Below, one piece after another: positions 8,741-18,387 of a stretch of 64,000 nt of DNA. Numbering within the stretch: position 1 is the stretch's first letter; each line of letters opens with the position of its first letter. The translations under genes were made by a program, and so were the position numbers. Under the pieces are notes generated by a model. That model searched no databases and was not told the origin of the DNA. It saw only the letters and a program-made list of their open reading frames with translations. The DNA is taken from the NCBI GenBank assembly GCA_964383665.1, contig CAYLHO010000001.1, positions 166,921-230,920 on the forward strand, in the 5' to 3' direction. This stretch comes from an uncultured Lachnospiraceae bacterium. GTDB taxonomy: Bacteria > Bacillota > Clostridia > Christensenellales > UBA1242.

Positions 8741-10034
8741 AAATTTAAGCGAAAAACTTAATCACGCGTTCAGTAAAATTTTGAATCGCGGAAAGCTTAC
8801 ATCGCTTGAAATTAAAGACGCAATGAGAGAAGTTAAACTTGCGCTTTTGGAAGCGGACGTTAACTATCTTGTTGTTAAAAAATTTGTTGCCGATGTTTCC
8901 GAGAAGGCGCTTGGCGATGAGGTTTTAAAAAGTTTAACTCCTGCTCAACAGGTTATTAAAATTGTTCGAGACGAACTTGTAAGCCTTATGGGAAGCACCA
9001 ATCAAAAACTTGAAATAAGTTCAAAGCCTCCAACAATAATTATGATGTGCGGGCTTCAAGGCGCGGGAAAAACAACGATGTGCGCAAAACTTGCGGCATA
9101 TCTCAAAAAGAGCGGGAAAAAACCTCTTCTTGTTGCGTGCGATGTCTATCGTCCGGCGGCAACAACTCAACTTCAAGTTGTTGGGAAACAAGCGGGCGCT
9201 CAAGTTTTTGAGAAGGGAACTCAAAACCCGGTTAAAACAGCGAAAGAAGCTGTTGAGTTTGCCAAAAGACAAGGCTTTGATGTTGTTATTGTTGACACGG
9301 CAGGGCGCTTGCACATTGACGATGCGCTCATGAAAGAACTTGAGGAAATTAAGAGAGAAATTTCCCCAACAGAAATTTTGTTAACGGTTGATGCAATGAT
9401 TGGGCAGGACGCTGTTACAACAGCCGAGGAATTTAACAACAGGCTTAACATAACCGGAGTTATCCTAACAAAACTCGACGGCGACACTCGCGGCGGAGCG
9501 GCTCTTTCAATTAAGGCGATAACCGGAAAACCAATCAAATTTTCGGGTGTTGGCGAAAAAATTGGCGATTTAGAACCTTTCCACCCAGATCGAATTGCTG
9601 GAAGAATTCTTGGAATGGGCGATGTTTTAACCCTCATCGAACGCGCTGAAACGGCGATTTCCGAGGAACAGGCAAAAGAACTTGAAAAGAAATTCCGTCA
9701 AAACAAGTTTGATTTTGAAGATTATCTTGTTCAAATGGAAAATCTTAAAAAAATGGGAAATCTCAAAGATCTTTTGGGAATGATTCCGGGGCTTGGTTCA
9801 AAACTTAAGGGCGTTAACATCGACGAAAAACAGCTTCTTCGTCAGAAAGCAATAATTCAATCTATGACTCCTTATGAAAGACGCAATCCAGAGGTTATTA
9901 AGGCAAGTCAAAGAAAGAGAATTGCGGCGGGAAGCGGAGTTGGAATTCAAGATGTTAACCAACTTTTGAAACAACTTGAACAAAGCAAAGAAATGATGAA
10001 ACAACTTAAAAATAAAAAGGGATTTGGATTTTGA
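8724..10034 (+). CDS. ffh: signal recognition particle protein Ffh
   Basis: GLQGAGKTT P-loop, DTAGR, TKLDGDTRGGAA, and a Met-rich M domain. Confidence 0.96.
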   Translation: MMAIFENLSEKLNHAFSKILNRGKLTSLEIKDAMREVKLALLEADVNYLVVKKFVADVSEKALGDEVLKSLTPAQQVIKIVRDELVSLMGSTNQKLEISSKPPTIIMMCGLQGAGKTTMCAKLAAYLKKSGKKPLLVACDVYRPAATTQLQVVGKQAGAQVFEKGTQNPVKTAKEAVEFAKRQGFDVVIVDTAGRLHIDDALMKELEEIKREISPTEILLTVDAMIGQDAVTTAEEFNNRLNITGVILTKLDGDTRGGAALSIKAITGKPIKFSGVGEKIGDLEPFHPDRIAGRILGMGDVLTLIERAETAISEEQAKELEKKFRQNKFDFEDYLVQMENLKKMGNLKDLLGMIPGLGSKLKGVNIDEKQLLRQKAIIQSMTPYERRNPEVIKASQRKRIAAGSGVGIQDVNQLLKQLEQSKEMMKQLKNKKGFGF

Positions 10035-10084
10035 TATTAACATTCGAAAGAATTTAATATATAAGAAAAAAATAGGAGGAAAAT

Positions 10085-10333
10085 ATGGCAGTTAAAATTC
10101 GTTTAACAAGATTGGGAGATAAAAAAGCACCTTTCTATCGTGTTATTGTTGCAGATTCACGTTCACCACGTGATGGTCGTTTCATTGACATTCTTGGAAC
10201 TTATAATCCACTTGTTGACCCAGCTGAAATCAAAATTGATGTTGAAAAAGCAAAAAAATGGATTTCAAACGGCGCTAAACCAACAGACACAGCAAAAGCT
10301 TTGCTTGTTAAATCTGGCGTAATTGAGAAATAA
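10085..10333 (+). CDS. rpsP: 30S ribosomal protein S16
   Basis: [34 protein letters not shown]. Confidence 0.96.
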   Translation: MAVKIRLTRLGDKKAPFYRVIVADSRSPRDGRFIDILGTYNPLVDPAEIKIDVEKAKKWISNGAKPTDTAKALLVKSGVIEK

Positions 10334-10357
10334 TAAGTTGCTAAAAGGAGAAATTAA

Positions 10358-10594
10358 ATGAAAGACATTGTTGAATACATTGTTAAAGCTCTTTGCGACT
10401 TTCCAGATGAAGTTGAAATTGAAACCGAAAGCGGCCGCGGGGCAGAAATAATTAAAATTTCTGTTGCTCCTTCCGACATGGGAAAAGTTATTGGCAGAAA
10501 CGGGAAAATTGCAACAAGCATTCGAACAATTGTTAAATCGCTTTCAAGCAGGCAACACAAAAAATTTATTGTTAAAATTGAAGAGAAAGCATGA
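10358..10594 (+). CDS. KH-domain RNA-binding protein (YlqC-like)
   Basis: 78-aa product with the VIGRNGKIATSIRTI GXXG KH motif. Conserved position between rpsP and rimM. Confidence 0.85.
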   Translation: MKDIVEYIVKALCDFPDEVEIETESGRGAEIIKISVAPSDMGKVIGRNGKIATSIRTIVKSLSSRQHKKFIVKIEEKA

Positions 10595-11076
10595 TTGAAG
10601 TTGGAAAAATTGTTAAGCCTCAAGGAATTAAGGGGGAAGTTAAAATAATTACGGAAAGAGAGCCAAAAATCTATGAATCTCTTTCGTCGCTTATTGTTGA
10701 CGGGAAAGAATTTAAGATTGAAAACCTCTCTTGTCGTGATGCGCTTTATGCTAAACTTTGTGAAGTTAATTCAAGAAACGATGCCGAACTTCTTCGAGGG
10801 AAAATGTGCTTTGCGAAAGAAGAGCAACTTGAATCTCTTGGAGAAAACGAGTTCTATTTTGACGATTTGATTGGTTCAACCGTTATTTCGCAAGACGGAA
10901 AAGAAATTGGAAAAATTGAAGATATCGAGCAATATGGCGCAGCAGATGTTATTTTAATTCGAGAAAGAAACATGCTTTTTTCGGTTCCATTTTTGGATTC
11001 AATTTTTTTGGAAATTGGAAATGGGAAGGTTGTTGTTTGCGAAGGCGAGTATGACAATTTAAAAATTAATTATTAA
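10591..11076 (+). CDS. rimM: 16S rRNA processing protein RimM
   Basis: VGKIVKPQGIKGEVKI N-terminal barrel and a PRC-barrel C-terminus. Overlaps the upstream stop. Confidence 0.85.
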   Translation: MIEVGKIVKPQGIKGEVKIITEREPKIYESLSSLIVDGKEFKIENLSCRDALYAKLCEVNSRNDAELLRGKMCFAKEEQLESLGENEFYFDDLIGSTVISQDGKEIGKIEDIEQYGAADVILIRERNMLFSVPFLDSIFLEIGNGKVVVCEGEYDNLKINY

Positions 11077-11102
11077 ATAATTTAAAACTTAATTTTTCGT
11101 AT

Positions 11103-11133
11103 AAAAAAACAGCAAAAAATTTGCTGTTTTTTT
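11103..11133 (+). terminator. intrinsic terminator after rimM
   Basis: CAGCAAA/TTTGCTG hairpin followed by a T7 run. Confidence 0.8.
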
Positions 11134-11195
11134 GTTCAAATTAATTGCGTCGCAAATTTTTATGTGTTAGAATAAAAACAAAGTGGGGAAGGCGA

Positions 11196-12638
11196 ATGAG
11201 TTTCTGCAAGTTTTCAACGCAAAGCGTTATTAATAACAAAACAGAAGTTGATAACATTTTTATCAACGATTTTTTGCCTTATGCGCCGGATAATGCTGTC
11301 AAAGTTTATCTTTATGGGCTCTATAAATGCGGAAGTAACTCAATTGACAACACTCTTGAAAGTTTTTCGAAGGTTTTAAAACTTGGTGAAGATGAAATTA
11401 TGGAAATTTTCGAGTTTTGGGAAAACGAAGGACTTGTTCAAATTCTTAATTGCGAACCGGTTGAAATTCGTTTTATGCCGCTCAAAAATGTTTTAACCAA
11501 CACGAAAAAATATAATACTGAAAAATATGGAAACTTCTCGCAAAAAGCGCAAGAAATTATTGAGGGAAGAATGATTTCGCCAAACGAATTTAGTGAATAT
11601 TTCGACACGATTGAAACTTTCCATATCGAGCCTGAAGCGCTTCTTATGATAATGAAATATTGCGTTAACACAAAAGGCGGGAATGTTGGCTACCCATATA
11701 TTGTTGCAGTTGCAAAGAACTGGGCATATGACGGAGTTAAAACAGTTTCCGACGTTGAGGACAGGCTTATTTCTTATGAAAACATAAGCGAGGATTTGAA
11801 ACAAGTTTTGAAAGATCTTGGCTCAAGAAGAGTTCCTTCAATTGATGAAAAAGAACTTTTCATTAAATGGACAAAAGAACTTGGATTTGAACTTGCAGTT
11901 ATTCGTCAAGCAATTAAAATTAACAAAAAGCCAACAACGAAAATTTCATTTGCTCGTCTTGATGAAATTTTGATGAGTTATTATGAGATGAAACTCTTTT
12001 CAATTCCAGAAATTGAGGATTTTGAAAAATCTAAATCCGAAATGTATGTTCTTGCGAAAAAGATTGCGAGAGAACTTGGGCTTTACTATGAAAGTTACGA
12101 CAAAATTGTTGAAACATATGTTTCGAAATGGGAACAAATGGGCTTTGACGAGGAAGCAATTTTAGAAATTGCGTCATATTGTTTTTCTTCTTCAATTCGT
12201 CAATTCCAAGGCATGGATAATGCAATGCAAAAGTTCTATAAGCTTGGGCTTATAACTGTTTCATCAATTGAAAAATATCTTGGAGAAATCCTTGTTCAAG
12301 ACGATGAAATTAAGGAAGTTTTATCAATTTGCGGATTAGAGCGATCGGTTAATTCGTTCGACAGAGAATGTTTTAAAAATTGGACAGAAAATTGGAAGTT
12401 CCCGCTTGAAGTTATTAAGGAAGCGGCAGCTCTTGCAACGGGTAGATCGCAACCGGTTAAATATATTAACGGAATTTTGGCAAATTGGAACGAAAATGAT
12501 GTTAAGACGCTTGAAAAAGCTAAATCTCAAATTCAATTCCAATCAAAAAACAATCCAACAGAAAAACCAAAGTCAAGAGAATATTCAAAAGAGCAATTAA
12601 ATGCACTTTTCGACAGCCTTGAGGAGATTGAAGTTTAG
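11196..12638 (+). CDS. DnaD-domain replication initiation/helicase-loading protein (Firmicute DnaB-like)
   Basis: Start is the ATG at 11196, behind GGGGAAGG. Two DnaD-type modules are present (YIVAVAKNWAYDGVKTVSDVE and YINGILANWNENDVKTLEKA). It is followed by a DnaI-like ATPase. Confidence 0.7.
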   Translation: MSFCKFSTQSVINNKTEVDNIFINDFLPYAPDNAVKVYLYGLYKCGSNSIDNTLESFSKVLKLGEDEIMEIFEFWENEGLVQILNCEPVEIRFMPLKNVLTNTKKYNTEKYGNFSQKAQEIIEGRMISPNEFSEYFDTIETFHIEPEALLMIMKYCVNTKGGNVGYPYIVAVAKNWAYDGVKTVSDVEDRLISYENISEDLKQVLKDLGSRRVPSIDEKELFIKWTKELGFELAVIRQAIKINKKPTTKISFARLDEILMSYYEMKLFSIPEIEDFEKSKSEMYVLAKKIARELGLYYESYDKIVETYVSKWEQMGFDEEAILEIASYCFSSSIRQFQGMDNAMQKFYKLGLITVSSIEKYLGEILVQDDEIKEVLSICGLERSVNSFDRECFKNWTENWKFPLEVIKEAAALATGRSQPVKYINGILANWNENDVKTLEKAKSQIQFQSKNNPTEKPKSREYSKEQLNALFDSLEEIEV

Positions 12639-12646
12639 GGGGAAAC

Positions 12647-13573
12647 ATGAACAGAATTTGCAAGAAAGTTGAACAAGTTTTGAACGAGCGAAGAGAGTTT
12701 GCTCTTTCTTCTTGTGCAAATAACCTTGCAAAAGCAAGAGAATCGAAGGATTTTTGCATGGTTGAGAAGCAAGAAGCAGAGGCGAAAATTCAGCTTGCAA
12801 CTTTCCTTGCCGATGAAAATCTTAACGAGGCCGAAAAAGCAAAACAAAAGCTTGAAGCAATCTCTAAACGAAAAGGCGAAATCCTTTTAAGCCTTGGGCT
12901 TTTGAAAGATAGTCTTGTTCCTGTGTTTTCTTGCCCAATTTGCAATGACACTGGGAAAAACAACTGTCAATGCAAGAAAGAGATTAAAACACGAATTTTA
13001 ATTGAAAATTCTGGAATTGCAAATCGACTTAATGAACGATTTGAAAATGCTAAATCAATTTCAAAGGAATTTAATTTAACAAAAAAATTCATGGAGGAAT
13101 GGTGCAATAAATTCCCAAATGTAACAAAGAAAACGATTTTTCTTTCCGGGCAAACAGGAATTGGAAAAACGTTTTTGGCAGCCTGTGTTGTTAACGCGCT
13201 TATTGAAAAAGGAATTTATGCGTTCTTTTCAACTGCATTCAATCTTAACAATATTTTTATTGACTACTTTAAGGCAAAAGACAATGAGAAAGCGGAAATT
13301 CTTGAACCTTTGCTTGAAAGCGACGTTTTGATTATTGACGATCTTGGGACAGAGCCAATTTTAAACAATGTTACGTTAAACTATTTATATCTTGTTTTGA
13401 ATGAGAGAATGATTAACGGCAAATCGACAATAATTAATTCGAATTTAGGTCCTGATCAAGTTTTGGATCGATATGGAGAAAGAATTTTCTCAAGGATACT
13501 TTGCAAGCGCGACGGAATTGCGTTGAAACTTTCCGGCGAGGATTTAAGGCTTAAAAAAGGGGGTAAGGATTGA
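12647..13573 (+). CDS. DnaI/DnaC-like helicase loader ATPase
   Basis: Zn-ribbon-like CPICNDTGKNNCQC, Walker A GQTGIGKTFLA and Walker B LIIDDLG. Confidence 0.78.
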   Translation: MNRICKKVEQVLNERREFALSSCANNLAKARESKDFCMVEKQEAEAKIQLATFLADENLNEAEKAKQKLEAISKRKGEILLSLGLLKDSLVPVFSCPICNDTGKNNCQCKKEIKTRILIENSGIANRLNERFENAKSISKEFNLTKKFMEEWCNKFPNVTKKTIFLSGQTGIGKTFLAACVVNALIEKGIYAFFSTAFNLNNIFIDYFKAKDNEKAEILEPLLESDVLIIDDLGTEPILNNVTLNYLYLVLNERMINGKSTIINSNLGPDQVLDRYGERIFSRILCKRDGIALKLSGEDLRLKKGGKD

Positions 13574-14496
13574 TGGTTGATGTTTTAATTGTTGGAGGAG
13601 GACCAGCGGCTTTAACCGCTGCAATTTATTCAAGAAGAGCAGGAAAAAGTGTTCTTGTTGTTGAACGCATGGTCCCGGGCGGACAAATTGCGTTAACAAA
13701 CACCGTTGAAAATTATCCCGGAATTAAAAAAACCGACGGAATGACTCTTGCAACAATGATGTTTGAACATGCCCAGTCGCTTGGAACAGAGTTTGTTTTT
13801 AGCGATGTTTTGGAGTTCTTCCTTGAAGGGAAAACAAAGAAAATTCGCACGCATGAAGGAACATTCGAAGGAAAAGTTATCATATTATGTTTAGGAGCTT
13901 CGGCAAAGCAACTTAACCTTGAAAACGAAAGAAAGTTTTTGGGAAGGGGCGTTAGTTATTGTGCAACTTGCGACGGAAATTTCTTTAAGGATAAGGTTGT
14001 TGCGATTGTTGGAGGAGGAAACACTTCGCTTGAGGATTCGGTTTATCTTTCAAATCTTGCAAAAAAAGTATATTTAATTCATCGTCGTGATGAGTTTAAG
14101 GGCGACAGAATTTTGGTTGAACAACTTGAGGCTGAAACAAGCAAGCCAAACAGCAAAATTGAAGTTCTCTATAACACTCATGTAACAAAGATTACAGGCG
14201 ACGACAAATTGACATCAATAACAATTGAAAACTGCGCAACAAAGCAGACAGGCGAACTTGAAATTGACGGGCTTTTTATTGCAATTGGAAGAAAGCCAGA
14301 CACCGAACTTTTGGAAGGTGTTGACCTTGATAAAAATGGATATATCATAACAAACGAAAGAATGGAAACAAACATTCCTGGGGTTTATGCAGCGGGAGAT
14401 GTTCGTCAGAAACAACTTCGACAAATCATAACTGCATGCAACGACGGAGCAATTGCGTCCATAAACACAAACGAATATATATCGAGAAATTTCTAG
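13573..14496 (+). CDS. trxB: thioredoxin-disulfide reductase
   Basis: GGGPAALTAAIY FAD motif, redox-active CATCDG and a GGGNTSLE NADPH motif. The ATG overlaps the upstream TGA. Confidence 0.92.
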   Translation: MVDVLIVGGGPAALTAAIYSRRAGKSVLVVERMVPGGQIALTNTVENYPGIKKTDGMTLATMMFEHAQSLGTEFVFSDVLEFFLEGKTKKIRTHEGTFEGKVIILCLGASAKQLNLENERKFLGRGVSYCATCDGNFFKDKVVAIVGGGNTSLEDSVYLSNLAKKVYLIHRRDEFKGDRILVEQLEAETSKPNSKIEVLYNTHVTKITGDDKLTSITIENCATKQTGELEIDGLFIAIGRKPDTELLEGVDLDKNGYIITNERMETNIPGVYAAGDVRQKQLRQIITACNDGAIASINTNEYISRNF

Positions 14497-14506
14497 GGAG
14501 AATGCT

Positions 14507-15802
14507 TTGATTAAAAAATATTTCGGAACAGATGGAGTTAGGGGCGAATTTGGAAAATTTATAACTCCAAAACTTGCATACGAGCTTGGAAAAGCGGCGG
14601 CGCAAGTTTTCGAAAGAGAAAATTCAAATAATGTTATTGTTGTTGGGAAAGATTCGCGTCTTTCTTCATCAACTCTTGAAAGTGCATTAATTTCAGGGAT
14701 AACAGCAATGGGAACAGACGTTATTTTGCTTGGGGTTGTTCCAACAGCTGTTGTTCCTTTTTCAATTCCTTTCCATAAGGCCTGCGGGGCGATTATGATA
14801 ACCGCTTCCCACAACAAGGCAACAGATAATGGTTTCAAATTTTTCAATGGAAACGGATTTAGGATCTCAATTGAACAAGAAAATCGAATTGAGAATCTCC
14901 TTGCTCATAAAAAACGAAAAATTAATTCATTCGACAAACTTGGGAAGGTTGTTCGCGACGAAACAAGTGTTGAAAATTATGTTAAAATGATTCGAAATGA
15001 ACTTAATTTTGGCTGCGAAAATGTTAGTGTGTGTTTTGATTGCGCAAATGGGGCAAGCAGCAAAATTGCAAAGCAAATTTTTGCGGGTTGCAGATGTGAA
15101 TTTGTTGCGGCAAGTCCAAACGGAATTAATATTAACAACAATTGCGGAGCAACTTGCCTTTCGAATTTGAAAAAAGAAATGGAAAGCGGGAAATTTCAAC
15201 TTGGGTTTGCTTTTGATGGCGATGCCGATCGGGTTAGGGTTATCCTTCCGGGAGGAAAAGAACTTTCAGGCGAGGAAATTATTTACATATTAGCGAAATA
15301 TAACAACCTTAAAAGCATTGTCACAACCAAAATGACAAACATTGCGCTCTTAATCCAACTTGAAAAAGAGGGAATTGAATGTAACGTTGTTGGTATTGGC
15401 GAAAGCGAGGTTCTTCGCGGACTGCTCGAAACCAAAAGTGTTTTTGGGGGCGAGAACAACGGACACTATCTTTTGCTTGAAAAAGGCGAAAGCAGCGATG
15501 GGCTTCTTTCGGCGGCTCAAATTATGTCGGTCTTTGCAAAAGACGGGGGATTTAAAATTCCTTTTAAACTTTTCCCGCATTTTGAAAGTAATGTTCCCGT
15601 TAAAGATAAGTGCAGCGTTATGAAAAGCGAAAATCTTAAAACAAAAATTGAACTTTGCGAAAGTTTGCTTGGCGAGAAAGGTCGAATCCTTGTTCGTGCA
15701 AGTGGAACAGAAAACGTTGTTCGAATTCTTGTTGAAGGGGAAGACGAGGCGTTGCTTAATGAGATAGGCAAAAACCTTGAAGAAACTGTAAAAACAATAT
15801 AA
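14507..15802 (+). CDS. glmM: phosphoglucosamine mutase
   Basis: YFGTDGVRG, phosphoserine loop TASHNKATDNGFKFF, the FDGDADR metal site and GGENNGH. Confidence 0.9.
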   Translation: MIKKYFGTDGVRGEFGKFITPKLAYELGKAAAQVFERENSNNVIVVGKDSRLSSSTLESALISGITAMGTDVILLGVVPTAVVPFSIPFHKACGAIMITASHNKATDNGFKFFNGNGFRISIEQENRIENLLAHKKRKINSFDKLGKVVRDETSVENYVKMIRNELNFGCENVSVCFDCANGASSKIAKQIFAGCRCEFVAASPNGININNNCGATCLSNLKKEMESGKFQLGFAFDGDADRVRVILPGGKELSGEEIIYILAKYNNLKSIVTTKMTNIALLIQLEKEGIECNVVGIGESEVLRGLLETKSVFGGENNGHYLLLEKGESSDGLLSAAQIMSVFAKDGGFKIPFKLFPHFESNVPVKDKCSVMKSENLKTKIELCESLLGEKGRILVRASGTENVVRILVEGEDEALLNEIGKNLEETVKTI

Positions 15803-15803
15803 A

Positions 15804-15838
15804 GTGGTGTTATGCTTGCATAACACCACTTATTTTGT
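15804..15838. terminator. bidirectional terminator between glmM and the NUDIX gene
   Basis: 13-bp perfect stem AGTGGTGTTATGC/GCATAACACCACT with a T-rich tail. Confidence 0.75.
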
Positions 15839-15847
15839 ATTTATTGT

Positions 15848-16252
15848 TTATCTATATAGTTTCATTGCACGATTGATCATTTCAAGATCATCGTTGCTAA
15901 ATCCTTTTGCTGAAGGGGCAACCCACATTGGCTCATAATAGTTTTCTTCACAGTTCTTTTCAAGTTCCTCTCCGCCAAGATGAGGCGTTCCGTTTTTGAT
16001 TGCGCAAGCGAAGAAATTATCTTCCCTGTTTTCATAAACATTTTTTCCTAAATATTCTAAAACTTCAATTTCAACATTCAATTCCTCAAGGAGTTCTCTT
16101 TTAACGGTTTCTTCCAAGGTTTCGTTGTTTTCTTTTCCTCCGCCTGGGAGTGAGTTATATTCTTTAACAATAACTCCGTTCGACATTCTTCTTCTTAACA
16201 ATATTAAAACCTTGCCATTTTTAATTATAACGGCTCTTGCGCTGATTCTCAT
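15848..16252 (-). CDS. NUDIX hydrolase
   Basis: Nudix box GGGKENNETLEETVKRELLEELNV. Start taken at the ATG at 16252, behind GGAGA; 16264 is also possible. The longer 236-aa ORF extension is rejected. Confidence 0.8.
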   Translation of the reverse strand: MRISARAVIIKNGKVLILLRRRMSNGVIVKEYNSLPGGGKENNETLEETVKRELLEELNVEIEVLEYLGKNVYENREDNFFACAIKNGTPHLGGEELEKNCEENYYEPMWVAPSAKGFSNDDLEMINRAMKLYR

Positions 16253-16337
16253 TTGTTTCTCCATTTGTCTTGTTAAAAGTTTACCACACAAATTTTTCAC
16301 TGTCAACTTTTGATGTTTTTGCAATATACATAGAAAT

Positions 16338-17039
16338 ATGAAGAACTTTTTTTCGCGTTTTAAATTTTTTGTTGTTGAAAGAAAAACGTTGTTTTTAATT
16401 TTTGTTTTGGTTGTTGTTCTTGTTGGAATTGCGGTTTTGCCAAGCGCTTTTGCGTCTTCTCCAAGCAACAAACTTCGAATTGTTGTTGATGCGGGGCATG
16501 GCGGAATTGACGGGGGTTGCGAAGGGAGCAGGGAAGGAAGCAACGAGCGGGAACTCAACTTGTTATATGCTAAAACGCTTAAAACATATTTGGAAAGTTA
16601 TGGAATTGAGGTTGTTTTAACAAGGTCAACAACTGATGGGCTCTATAGCGCACTTGCGTCGAACAAAAAGAAAGATGACATGAAAAAAAGAAAGGAAATT
16701 ATTGAGAAAGCAAATGCCGATTTGATTGTTAGTTTGCATATGAACGCTTTTCCGCAAAAAAGCGCGAGGGGTGCGCAGGTTTATTACAACCCAGAAAGCG
16801 AGGTTTCGAAAAGCCTTGCAACGGCAATTCAATCCAGTTTTAAAAAGGATTTGCCAAGCGCAAAAAGTGTTCCTGCCGTTGGAGATTACTATATTTTAAA
16901 CTGCACGAACACCCCAGCTGTTATTGTTGAATGCGGGTTTTTAAGCAACGACGAGGAAGAAATCCTCCTTCTTTCGTCAACATATCGCGATAAGGTTTGC
17001 TATTCAATTCTTTGCGGAATTGTTAAATATTTGGAGTGA
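16338..17039 (+). CDS. cwlD: N-acetylmuramoyl-L-alanine amidase, CwlD-like (germination-specific type)
   Basis: N-terminal TM segment followed by an Amidase_3 domain (VVDAGHGGIDGG, SLHMNAF, ECGFLSN). Size and architecture match CwlD. Confidence 0.72.
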   Translation: MKNFFSRFKFFVVERKTLFLIFVLVVVLVGIAVLPSAFASSPSNKLRIVVDAGHGGIDGGCEGSREGSNERELNLLYAKTLKTYLESYGIEVVLTRSTTDGLYSALASNKKKDDMKKRKEIIEKANADLIVSLHMNAFPQKSARGAQVYYNPESEVSKSLATAIQSSFKKDLPSAKSVPAVGDYYILNCTNTPAVIVECGFLSNDEEEILLLSSTYRDKVCYSILCGIVKYLE

Positions 17040-17115
17040 GAAAAAAATTGTTAAAATTGCTTTATTTTTTCTTCAAACAGTGATAGAATTGTTGCTGCTA
17101 GGAAGGAGAGCAATT

Positions 17116-17361
17116 ATGGAAAAATGTAAATGTTGCAATCACGAACATATTAGAGACACGCGTGATAATCGTTTCACAAAAGACACAACCGTTGGCGAAG
17201 TTTTAAGCTCAAAACCTCAACTTAAAGCGGTTTTGGAAGGTTTTGGACTTCATTGTTTTGGTTGCCCAATGAGCCAAATGGAAACTCTTGAGGAAGCTTG
17301 CGAGGTTCACGAAATTGACCTTGATTTTATGCTTCAAAAATTAAATGACGAAAACACTTGA
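17116..17361 (+). CDS. DUF1858-type small redox/disulfide protein (hybrid-cluster-protein-associated family)
   Basis: Start is the ATG at 17116, behind GGAAGGAGAG. Contains TVGEVL, LEGFGLHCFGCPMSQMETLEEA. Confidence 0.7.
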   Translation: MEKCKCCNHEHIRDTRDNRFTKDTTVGEVLSSKPQLKAVLEGFGLHCFGCPMSQMETLEEACEVHEIDLDFMLQKLNDENT

Positions 17362-17394
17362 TTTTAACCTTATTTTAGGTTAAAATTGTTTTCG
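17362..17394 (+). terminator. intrinsic terminator candidate
   Basis: Perfect 9-bp stem TTTTAACCT/AGGTTAAAA followed by a T-rich tail. Confidence 0.55.
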
Positions 17395-17398
17395 GTTT

Positions 17399-17486
17399 GG
17401 AAAGGTGTCAGAGTGGTCGAATGTGCCGGTCTCGAAAACCGGTGAGGTGAAAGCCTCCGCGGGTTCAAATCCCGCCCTTTCCGCCA
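17399..17486 (+). tRNA. tRNA-Ser (anticodon CGA), CCA encoded
   Basis: Cloverleaf folded by hand. Acceptor GGAAAGG/CCTTTCC, anticodon arm CCGGT-CTCGAAA-ACCGG, long variable arm GAGG..CCTC, and T arm GCGGG-TTCAAAT-CCCGC. Confidence 0.88.
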
Positions 17487-17519
17487 AAAAAATCCTTGCA
17501 GAAACGCGAGGCTTTTTTT
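17485..17519 (+). repeat. left copy of a perfect 35-bp direct repeat (also the tRNA-Ser terminator hairpin)
   Basis: CAAAAAAATCCTTGCAGAAACGCGAGGCTTTTTTT. It begins inside the tRNA CCA end. The hairpin is CCTTGC/GCGAGG, flanked by A7 and T7. Confidence 0.95.
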
Positions 17520-17613
17520 ATGATATTTTTAATATTTTTTTGAAATTTTTTTTATTTATTTGTTGATTTTTAATCCTTTATGTTATATTTATCTTGTAAA
17601 GGGGAGTTGAATT

Positions 17614-18372
17614 ATGGAGGAAAATAAAAATTAACAAATAAAAGCACGAAAAATGCTGTTAAAAAATCAGCAAAAAAAGATGAAACAGTTGTTAATGTTA
17701 ACGGGGAACAACCTGTTTCAATTTCAGTTCCAAACGAAACTGGAAACAGCAAAACCGAAGGAACAAACATAAACCTAACAATTAATTTTGCTGACGATAA
17801 AAAGAAAAAGCAAACAACAAAAAAGAAACCATCGAAAAAGAAAAACGAACAACAAAAGGAAAACGAAGTGAAGAAGAAAAAGTCTTATTGGTGGTGTCAC
17901 ATCAGTTGTTATGTTCTGCGGCAGCAAAGTCTTAAAAGCAATTTCCAACAAAATTAAAAGTTTTAAGAATCGCGATATTTCGCAAGAACAAATTGAAAGA
18001 GCAGTTTCAACAGCAAAAGCAGGGGATTGTAAGGAGCTTAATGATTTATTAAATAAAAAAGCAAGTAAAGTTGCACAACAAGTTCGTGCAGAAAATCCTA
18101 ACTGGACTAAAATGCGACAAGGATCAGAGATTCATAAAAGAATGAGTTATAGTCTTAACACAATTAAAGAATTTGATTTAAATTCTTATGGAAGAGCAGA
18201 TGGTATAGATGATATTGTAGGTATAATATTTGAGTTAAGACCACTCACCCCGAAATCTATGCTGGCAGGTTTGAAACAATTAGATAGATACGAGCAGGGC
18301 GCATTGCGTCACCAAGACTTGCAAAAAATTACAAATTGGATTAAAGTATTAATTACTTATGATACAAATTAA
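17614..18372 (+). pseudogene. frameshifted gene: Lys-rich N-terminal region, hydrophobic segment and C-terminal PD-(D/E)xK nuclease-like (polymorphic-toxin-type) domain
   Basis: Promoter-like sequence and an AAGGGGAG RBS precede the ATG at 17614, but a stop follows after 6 codons. The reading frame continues in frame 3 (17628-17900) and then frame 1 (17872-18372). Both shifts lie in A runs. The C-terminus has GSEIH, GRADGIDDIVGIIFELRP and GLKQLDRY. Confidence 0.5.
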
Positions 18373-18387
18373 AAGAAAGGGGAATTT

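Noticed and set aside
14215-15829. Long antisense ORFs 14215-14847 (-), 15350-15829 (-) and 15517-15771 (-), opposite trxB and glmM
   Set aside because: The sense strands encode proteins with unambiguous catalytic motifs. The antisense translations are Phe/Lys/Cys-rich with no motifs and no RBS.
15848-16558. 236-aa version of the NUDIX ORF with an N-terminal extension
   Set aside because: The extension (SSRSLLPSLLPSQPPSIPPCPASTT...) is low-complexity and antisense to the cwlD-like gene and its promoter. A GGAGA RBS and an ATG at 16252 give a normal 134-aa Nudix protein.
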